Shown piece by piece: positions 55,726-64,000 of a stretch of 64,000 nucleotides of DNA. Positions within the stretch are counted from its first letter, which is position 1. Each line of letters starts with the position of its first letter. The stretch lies in contig CAXHJY010000183.1 of the NCBI GenBank assembly GCA_964016885.1, positions 1 through 64,000 of the forward strand, written 5' to 3'. A program made the translations under genes and the position numbers. The notes below the pieces were generated by a model. The model made no database searches. It was not told the origin of the DNA and worked only from the letters and a program-made list of their open reading frames with translations. The stretch is from Eledone cirrhosa. Lineage: Eukaryota.

Positions 55726-57030
55726 CAGGGTGGGGCATAATTCCTGTTACAATGTTTTAAATCAATTTTAAAAATACATTATGTTGCTAAAATAACTAAT
55801 ATATGTGTATCAAATCCATGCACTATAACCATATTAACTATTTTTCAGAACATTACACCATTAACAATTTGCAATGTCCATAGAATTGTAAAGAAAGTTC
55901 ATAATAGAGAAGCATGAAAAAGACCTGACTCCACCCGAGATATTTAAACTGGGGAAAACTCTTATGATCAATAGAATGTTGATCAAAAGGACAATCGATC
56001 GATTTAAGGAAACTTCCTCGACCAAAGACAGACCTCGTTCCGGACGCCCTCGCACCTCAAGAATACCAAAACTCATTAAAAGTGTGAGGGAAAAAATAAG
56101 GCGCAATCCAAGAAGGTCCATGACAAAAATGGCAGAAGAAGCAGAAACATCGCCGAGAACTATGCGGAGGATATGTCGAGATGATCTGGGGACGTTACCC
56201 TATAAGTTCCAAAAGAGGCAGCTTCTTTCTGCAGCCACAATTGAAAAGAGGCTCTCCAGAAGTAAACTGTTATTGACCCGCATCAAGGATGGCATGCTGC
56301 AAAACATCATCTTTACAGATGAGAAGTTATTCACTGTGCAGCCGTCTCACCATCATCAAAATGATCGAGTACTTGCAAAAAGTCTCAAATCAATTCCTTC
56401 AAGTGTTGGAAAAGTGTTCAGAACACAGAAACCAGCATCAGTGATGGTTTGGGCAGCCATTTCTAAAAGAGGGATGTCTCTTCTGATATTTGTGCCTCAA
56501 TGAGTTAAAATTAACCAAGAACTTTACATAAAGGATATTTTGGAAGAAGCACCGATGCCATGGTGCACATCTGTTTATGGCGATGACATTTGGACTCTCC
56601 AACAAGATGGAGCAATGAGCCACACTGCTCGCGTAACACAACAGAAGTGTAGAGACCATTGTCCTGCATGGGTCAGTAAGGAAGAGTGGCCTTCCACATC
56701 ACCAGATCTCAACCCTCTCTATTTTTCTTTATGGTCAATTCTTGAGAGTGAAGCCTGCTCTACTCCTAGCCAAAATATTGAAACTCTAAAATCAAAACTG
56801 AATAAAGTATGGGAGAAAATACTCATGGAAACTGTTCGTGCAGCCATCGAAGACTTTCCTAGAAGACTTCGAGCAGTAGTGAGAGCTAGAGGAAAGCATT
56901 TCGAATAAATTTTTGTGCAGTTGTTTAATAGTATATTACTTACTATTTGTTAAAGTCAGATCTTGAAATAAATGTTTTTTTCAAGAACTATTTGCATTTT
57001 ATTTTGTAACAGTTTTCATGCCCCAAACTG
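55726..57030 (+). mobile_element. IS630-Tc1-mariner transposon, DD37D (maT)-type, full length but dead
   Basis: TA|CAGGGTGGGGCATAATTCCTGTTACAA ... TTGTAACAGTTTTCATGCCCCAAACTG|TA. Confidence 0.9.
55874..56908 (+). pseudogene. DD37D transposase pseudogene
   Basis: One reading frame with in-frame stops at codon 6 and at 56501; RSGRPR, FTDEKLF, VMVWAAIS, QQDGA, then 37 residues ending SPDLNPL before Y (third Asp changed to Tyr). Confidence 0.88.
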
Positions 57031-57549
57031 TATATATATATATATAGAAATTTCGTATTTCTAAAGAAATACGGTATGTTTACAGGTGAACATTTAGAAA
57101 GCCGTAGCTATGCAAAAAACACCAGGGCTAACGCCCTCTGGTGGTGTCCAGCAGAAGGGGGACAACCGTCGATGCATTTCAAACTTAACTGGTCCTCATC
57201 AGGACGATCCCTCCCATGCTTGCGACTGCTGGATTTCAAAACAGTTGAGAATATATAGTTTTCTTGTCTGTGTAAATGAGGTGATTAATCTCATTTGCAT
57301 ATGAAGCTGCATAAGTTGGCTCAACTTATAATAGAATAGAATTAGGATTTAGATTCTTTAGAAACACAAAATTTCTATACATATCTGTATACAGCTATGC
57401 CTGAAGCTAAATGTGAGTCTTTAACTCCGTTTTTTTTTTAATTTGAGATATATATATATATATATATATATAACGAAGGAAATGTGGTAAGGAACCAGGT
57501 GGACCATAACGCACCGAAGTACTCAATACATAGGGTAGTAGAGTGGGTA

Positions 57550-57665
57550 ATAGGAACGAGTAGGACCCCGACGGCTGAGCTCAAGCCGTTTCGACGGCTA
57601 ATTCTGGACAGAATTAGCCGTCAAAACGGCTTGAGCTCAGCCGTCGGGGTCCTACTCGTTCCTAT
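57550..57665. repeat. Near-perfect 116-bp palindrome at the end of a PLE-like terminus (57471-57665)
   Basis: 57-bp arms, 2-nt loop, one mismatch; the left arm read on the minus strand contains GAAACGGCT TGAGCTC AGCCGTC (hammerhead 3' half), and the right arm has AAAAC there. Confidence 0.88.
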
Positions 57666-57703
57666 ATATATATATATATATATACGTATATATAAATATA
57701 TAT

Positions 57704-57808
57704 AAATGGCTTCTACAGGACTAGAACTGTTTTATTCGAAGGAAATCATTAGAGCTTTCCTGATGATTTCCCTTGAATGAAAGAGTTCTAGCCTTGTAGA
57801 AGCCATTT
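57704..57808. repeat. Imperfect palindrome with CTGATGA...GAAA core
   Basis: AAATGGCTTCTACAGGACTAGAAC.. / ..GTTCTAGCCTTGTAGAAGCCATTT; CTGATGA at 57760. Confidence 0.75.
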
Positions 57809-58334
57809 CTATATTAAATATTTATACTCCGATTGAACCTGGGATACAGAGAGAGATGATGATGATGATAAATGGAACAGAATTAGGAAAAGAGTGAGAA
57901 GTAAAACAGAAAGAATTTGAAGGGAGGTGGCAAGGTAGGAACAAATGATTGTTATATAAAAATGACAGAGGATGAGGAGAAACAGACATATACACAAATA
58001 AACTTTTCAGAAATATATTCAAATCCAAATCCAGAGCCTGCTCACTCCGATAGGAGGAAAATATCCTTGGTTGACCTCACTGCTTTCTGTTTGATTTTAG
58101 TCATGCCAGCAGGTATATAGCTGTACTCACTACATTTGGCCAATCGTGGGTTGGTGAGGTTATTTAACCCCTTAGCATTTACATTTCTCTATATTTACTA
58201 TTCTATTTTCACAGAAAGGCTTTACCTCACATAGTATCAAAGCTATGAGATTTTGATTTTATTTATTTTGAGACCAATACCTTAACATTGGTATGAGTGG
58301 CCAATTACGGCTAGTTTAAAGAGAAAGAGGATTC

Positions 58335-58895
58335 ATTATCATCATTATCAATAATCAACAACTGCTGTTCCACGCTAATCTGATCACCTAGGTACCGGAA
58401 ACTATCAACCGCTTCTATAGAACCCACCTGCATTTGAAAAATGTGTATCACTGCGATTACTACTGCCAACTTTCCCTGTACATCTACTGCATACATAGTT
58501 TTCCCTACCTGTTAGTTTGCCTGCTATCCCACTACATCTCTTGTATACCCAAGATCTGCATTGCGTACATTTTATAGAATTTATGCCAGTTCCTTTTTTA
58601 CATATCAAACATGGCCATTTCCCTGATGGAATCAGAGTTTTGTCCTCTTTTCTACTTATCAACACTTTTGTCTTAGCTAAGTTCACTCTCAGTCCTCTTG
58701 ATTCCAACTGCTGTTTCCATAGCCAGAATTTCTCTAGCTCCTCTACTGATTCTGCTATAAGAACCAGATCATCAGCATAGAGAAGTTCCCATGGGCACTT
58801 GTTATGGCTTGGAGGACTATAATGAACAAGAGCGGGCTGAGGACCGAACCCTGATGTACTCCTACTTGTATCTGGAATTCCTCACTAAACTCCAT
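58335..58895 (-). mobile_element. Internal fragment of the 43-kb RTE family (RT C-terminus + PHD-like finger)
   Basis: MEFSEEFQIQVGVHQG...PSGKWPCLICKKGTGINSIKCTQCRSW nearly identical to 44981-45520. Confidence 0.9.
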
Positions 58896-59142
58896 ATATA
58901 TATGGGGATGGTCATGTTGCCAGTATTGCAAATAAAAAAAAAGTGAGCATGTCATTTTCAGCTTTTCACTTTATTTTTATTCCTAGTTATTGGTTAGTTC
59001 ATCAAAGTTCTTTCATCACACAAACTGTGACTTCCTCAATTATTATTTGTTTTCTTTTGTGTCTCTTCTTTCTGGTCTTAATCTGTTACTGCACACATAT
59101 ACATGTGTATATACACATGTATATATATACACATATATATAT

Positions 59143-59173
<31 letters not shown>

Positions 59174-59176
<3 letters not shown>

Positions 59177-62100
59177 CATCATCATCATCAACGTTTAACG
59201 TCCGTGTTCCACGCTTGCATGGGTTTGGACGGGGGTAGTCCCACTTGAGGCAAGAGTGATTGTCTTGCTCGCATAGGACTGTCTGGCAGGTTTTCTACAG
59301 TTGGATGCCCTTCCTAACACCAACCACATTTACAGTGTGGGTCTGGGAGGTTTTTACCGTGTTGCCTACACGGCCACATTACAGCGTGGACTGTGTGTTT
59401 TTTTGTCGTGACACCTACACGATCTCATTTGTTTCGGCCTGGATGGCGCGGCACCAACATAACTTTACATAGAACGGGGTGGTGTGGATGGGGTGGGGGT
59501 GGTGGTGGTGGGACGGGGTGTATTTTGTTAGAGATGCCTACTGGCTGGAGTAGGTTTTACTATATATTTAGGTAAGGCGGGTCTTCTCTGTTACTGAGTA
59601 CCGCCAAAGGTCTCGGTCCAGTGACATTGTCTTGGAGAGGTGTAAGTGTGTGATGTCGGAGTTTATCAGCTCGTCCCAGGTTTTTCTAGGTCTGCCTATT
59701 CCGTGACTACCGTCTATCTTTATTGCCCTGCACTTTGTTATACAGCTATCGACTTTCATGCGCATCACGTGTCCATACCAACGTAGCCTTCTCTCGAGTA
59801 AACAACATCTGATCCCTCTTATCTCTAATTTTTTCCTTAGTTCGTTTATGCTTTGCCGTTCATGTATATTACTGTTACACATCCAGTGGAGCATGCAAGC
59901 TTCGTTCCTCTCTAGTCTGCGTATATCCTCTGCACACAATGCCCAGGTCTCACTGCCATGCAGCATTGCTGTTCGTATGCAGGCATCGTACAACCTGCTT
60001 TTCATTTTTAGGGAGAACCCTTTAGCAGCTAATAGTGGTATAAGCTCTCTGAACTTTTTCCAACCAGTTCTGACTCTAGCTACAGTACTTTCAGAGCACC
60101 CTCCCCCACTGCTGATTTTATCGCCCAGGTAACAGAAGCTGTCCACTATTTCTATAGAACCCTCTGCGCAATTGAAAGAGCTAGTATTTTGTGGGCACTT
60201 GCTGCTACTTATTGCACCAGAACACCGGCCACATGTAAAATCTATGTTCTTAGTTAGCTTACCTGTGATCCCACTACATCTTTTATGCACCCATACTTTG
60301 CATTTAGGACATAAAATGGAGTTTCTACCTACGCCTTTCCTACACACCGAGCACGACCATTTCCCAGAAGGGATCGCCGCCTTGTTTTCTTTCCTACAAA
60401 CTAGAACTTTGGTCTTAGCCAGGTTAATTTTAAGTCCTTTTGACTCTAGGCCGTGCTTCCATGTTTGGAATTTCTTCTCTAGCTCGGCCATTGATTCCGC
60501 TATGAGTGTCAGGTCGTCTGCGTATAGAAGTTCCCATGGGCAGCCTGTCTTGAACTCCTCTGTTATAGCCTGAAGGGCAATAATAAATAGTAGGGGGCTG
60601 AGAACAGAGCCCTGATGGACGCCAACTTTTACGCTAAACTCTTCACTATATTCGTTGTTAATTCTAACCTTGCTGACTGTTTCTTTATACATGGCTTGTA
60701 TAGCCCTCACAAGCCATTCGTCAACGCCTAGTTTTCTAAGAGCCCACCAGATAATGGAGCGGGGGACTCTGTCGAAGGCTTTCTCCAAGTTGACAAAAGC
60801 TAAGTAGAGGGGTTTACCTTTAGCTAGGTACTTCTCCTGTAGTTGTACTATGAAAAGAGCGTCTGTGGTACTTTTGCCCGACACAAACCCGAACTGCATT
60901 TCATCTAGGTCAATTCTCTCTCTGATTAGTTGCGCTATTACTTTTTCCGTGACCTTCATGACCTGGTCGATTAATTTAATGCCTCTATAGTTACTCCTAT
61001 CTAGGGCTTCTCCTTTACCCTTATAACAGTTAACGATGATGCTGCTATGCCAGTCCTTCGGAACAACCCCATTCTGTACGACTTGGTTAACTATGCGGGT
61101 GACCATGGTGTGTCCCACCGTGCCAGATGCCTTCAGCATCTCAGCAACTATTTCCGAAGGCCCAGCCGCCTTACCCGTCTTCATATCCTTGATTGCCTTA
61201 CTTATTATACTCCCCTCGACTAACACTGCTGGTCCCTCTATCGGGTCGATATGGGGGAGACTGTCTTTCTCCCATTTATTCTCCTCATTTAGTAGCCTTT
61301 CATAGTGACACTTCCAAGCTACCTTCTTATCAGCGTCGGTGATGGCAAGTGTGCCATCGTCGTTTAGTACACACTTCTCCCCGACAATATCACGGTTTTC
61401 CTTGACGCATTGCCTAGCAATCCTGAACACCTCACGTTTTTGGTCATCGCGTTGTAGAACATGCTTGAACTTTCTTTCCTCAGCTTCCCTTCTTGCTAAG
61501 TACACTTGTCTCCTAGCTTCCCTCCTGGCCACTTGATAGTCTTCTCTACTTCCCCCATCCCGCCATACTTTCCAAGCCTGCTTTTTGGCCTTAATTGACC
61601 CCTCCACCTTACTGTTCCACCACCATGTTACTCTCCTCCTGCCTACAGGCCTGCTCCAGCCACAGACTTCGTCTGTCGCCAACAGCAGGTTTGCTTTCAG
61701 AAATTCCCACTCTCCCTCTATATTGTTCGACTCTAAATGTTCTTCCTTACTGTCGAAAGCATCAAGTAATATGCTTTGAAATTTATTCCTGGCTGTGGGG
61801 TCCTTTAGCTTCCATATTTTTCTCCTGAGGATAGTCCTCTTCTGCTGTCGAGTACGTCTCGTCCTGACTATGAGGTCGCTAATTATCAGTCTATGTTGGG
61901 AGGTGCATTCTTCATGGGGGAGGGATTTAGTGTTTACAACAGACACTCTGTCACGTCTTCTGGTAAGGATATAATCTACCTGGCTTGTGTGTTCCCCGGA
62001 TCTATAGGTGATCAGGTGATTGTCACGTTTTTTGAAGTTAGTGTTACAGATAGTTAGGTTATTTGCATCACAGAATTCCAGGATTCTGGAGCCTTCCTCA

Positions 62101-62950
62101 TTTCTAGTACCAAACCCATAGCCTCCATGGATTTCATCGTAGCCGTCACAATGTTGTCCAACGTGACCATTTAGGTCGCCTGCAATAATTATATAGTCAC
62201 TGTCGGATATTTGGGAGGTAGTTAGCATCAGTGTCTCATAGAATCTGTCTTTTATAGTGCCGGGCAGTCCGGATTGGGGTGCGTACGCAGATATTACTGT
62301 CACCGTAGTTCTATTGAGGACAAGTCGTATTTTAATTATTCTGTCGTTCACTCTATTTACGTCTATTATCTTATCTGCCCACTTTTCTGCTACCATGATT
62401 CCTACTCCACCCAGCCCATTGTCGTTTCCCACCCAGAAAAGCTTATAACATCGTTTTTTACCCTCAATGAACCTAGCAGACCCACCCCTCCACCTGGTCT
62501 CTTGAATACAACAAACATCGACCTCCTTACGTTCAAGCATTTCTACAACCTCGTTAGCGCGACCCTTTAGGGTGCCTACATTTATGGTACCAACTCTGAA
62601 GTTTTGGATTGCGTTTGGGGGTTGGGGGCGGTGGGCGATGGGGTTATGTTAGCCGTCCGCGGTCGAAACAATGAGGAGTGCTCGCATTCTCGTCCAAGAG
62701 GTGAATTCGTCTTTATCTTTGGCATTGTCGCTGAGCGTCCAGATTTTTCTCTCTCTCCTCCACTCTCCAGGATTCCGCAGTCCATCCATCCATCATATAT
62801 CGAAAGGCAACCAGGCAAGCGATAGTATAGGCCTCTGGCTTCTGATTGGTCCGCGTAATAATACTGGTGATGCGTGGGGGGGGGGGGCTCTGGCTTATGA
62901 TTGGTCCACGTAATAGTAGTGGTGGTGGGGGCGGGAGGGAGGGGTGTTGG
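59174..62950 (-). mobile_element. Near-full-length RTE LINE, second family (5' boundary approximate)
   Basis: APE-RT ORF, ~390-bp 3' UTR, (GAT)n tail abutting (TA)n. Confidence 0.92.
59568..62540 (-). CDS. RTE LINE ORF (990 aa from first ATG); RT motif A Asp changed to Asn, probably inactive
   Basis: All APE and RT motifs present but AFVNLEKAFD; the frame stays open upstream through FRVGTINVGTLKGR without an ATG. Confidence 0.9.
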   Translation of the reverse strand: MLERKEVDVCCIQETRWRGGSARFIEGKKRCYKLFWVGNDNGLGGVGIMVAEKWADKIIDVNRVNDRIIKIRLVLNRTTVTVISAYAPQSGLPGTIKDRFYETLMLTTSQISDSDYIIIAGDLNGHVGQHCDGYDEIHGGYGFGTRNEEGSRILEFCDANNLTICNTNFKKRDNHLITYRSGEHTSQVDYILTRRRDRVSVVNTKSLPHEECTSQHRLIISDLIVRTRRTRQQKRTILRRKIWKLKDPTARNKFQSILLDAFDSKEEHLESNNIEGEWEFLKANLLLATDEVCGWSRPVGRRRVTWWWNSKVEGSIKAKKQAWKVWRDGGSREDYQVARREARRQVYLARREAEERKFKHVLQRDDQKREVFRIARQCVKENRDIVGEKCVLNDDGTLAITDADKKVAWKCHYERLLNEENKWEKDSLPHIDPIEGPAVLVEGSIISKAIKDMKTGKAAGPSEIVAEMLKASGTVGHTMVTRIVNQVVQNGVVPKDWHSSIIVNCYKGKGEALDRSNYRGIKLIDQVMKVTEKVIAQLIRERIDLDEMQFGFVSGKSTTDALFIVQLQEKYLAKGKPLYLAFVNLEKAFDRVPRSIIWWALRKLGVDEWLVRAIQAMYKETVSKVRINNEYSEEFSVKVGVHQGSVLSPLLFIIALQAITEEFKTGCPWELLYADDLTLIAESMAELEKKFQTWKHGLESKGLKINLAKTKVLVCRKENKAAIPSGKWSCSVCRKGVGRNSILCPKCKVWVHKRCSGITGKLTKNIDFTCGRCSGAISSSKCPQNTSSFNCAEGSIEIVDSFCYLGDKISSGGGCSESTVARVRTGWKKFRELIPLLAAKGFSLKMKSRLYDACIRTAMLHGSETWALCAEDIRRLERNEACMLHWMCNSNIHERQSINELRKKLEIRGIRCCLLERRLRWYGHVMRMKVDSCITKCRAIKIDGSHGIGRPRKTWDELINSDITHLHLSKTMSLDRDLWRYSVTEKTRLT

Positions 62951-64000
62951 GTAGCTAGATAGGAGGTAATGATTGAATGGGGTCCTTGCACATTTAACAA
63001 GCGATTAACAAAAATACAAAATTTGTTCTGTTCAATACGACCAAAAACTTTCGTATCTAACAATTAATAAATACAAAAAATGTAGATTGTTTTAGCGATA
63101 GATTGGCTATTTGGACTTGATACGAAATATGGATTGTTTTGAAAATACGCTAGAATTAGGAATTGAGGTTTGTGGAGGTAGAGATGAATACGCTAGAATT
63201 ATATTGATAGTCTGTGGTACTGGGAAGACCACAAATCAAAGAAGTACATCATACATAGTATGATAGAGTGGGTGTATTACTAAATGCTATTCTGTACTAC
63301 AGAATATATATATATATATACAGATTTTTATGTATAGACACATGAAAATACCTTGTCTCTACATACAATATCTTTGTGGTTAGAAAATACAACCAGATTA
63401 CATTCAATCCTGTGTTGGGATTTCATCACAAACTGACTACCCTCTTGTTGTATGAAATTTATAAATTAATATATTCTAACATAATTTTATCTAATAACCA
63501 CTAGTTATCTAATAACCACATGTTACAATGAAATAATAATTTTAGTAAGTCCCTTAAACATCATGTAAAAATTTAGAAGAAAATATATAAAAATTGGCTT
63601 GTTAATTCAAATGTTTATCTTTTCTAGTGAACAGATTGTTGTGAAAATTAGCAGAATTAGAGTCAAGACATCAATTTGTAATATGAGGCTATCATAGTGC
63701 TGCTTTGTATTTTTTAATAATGTCTTCTTAATGTAGCATCATGCAGTGGATTTTATTAGAAATACAGTTATCTTCTTCGTCTACTTCTTCCTGAGAGGGT
63801 CATGGGATAAGAGTCCTCAAACACGACTTCCAGCCGGTTGTGTCAGATAAACCAACTCCAATTAATTCAGCCGGATCGCCAAGTAAGACTTGCTGAGCTC
63901 ATAGATGTTATCCAACCATCTTGCTAAAGGTCTACTCATGGTCTCCTACCAGTTGGATTTGCCTGTAAAATCTGTACAGCGATCAATTTTTTTATGAATT

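Overview
AT-rich eukaryotic genomic DNA, most likely from an octopus (inferred from the repeat repertoire and the (TA)n load; not verified). Almost all of the window appears to be intron of a minus-strand PIX-family Rac/Cdc42 GEF gene (ARHGEF7/6-like). Two C-terminal coding exons (12510-12594, 8298-8352) splice in frame, and there is a candidate 18-nt microexon at 38479-38496. The introns hold two near-full-length RTE LINEs, each with a PHD-like zinc finger: one looks intact (43022-46090) and one has a catalytic D-to-N change (59568-62540). Also present are many RTE fragments, tRNA-derived SINEs, a Dong/R4 fragment in (TAA)n, a deleted mariner, a DD37D transposon, a non-autonomous Helitron, piggyBac- and pogo-like MITEs, and a 7.7-kb 25-bp satellite with a higher-order period of about 1.74 kb. 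The least obvious layer is a set of Penelope-like-element relics with hammerhead ribozyme motifs, one with a fully canonical core, and several arranged as palindromes next to TA microsatellites. Most short ORFs in the supplied track are microsatellite or antisense artefacts.
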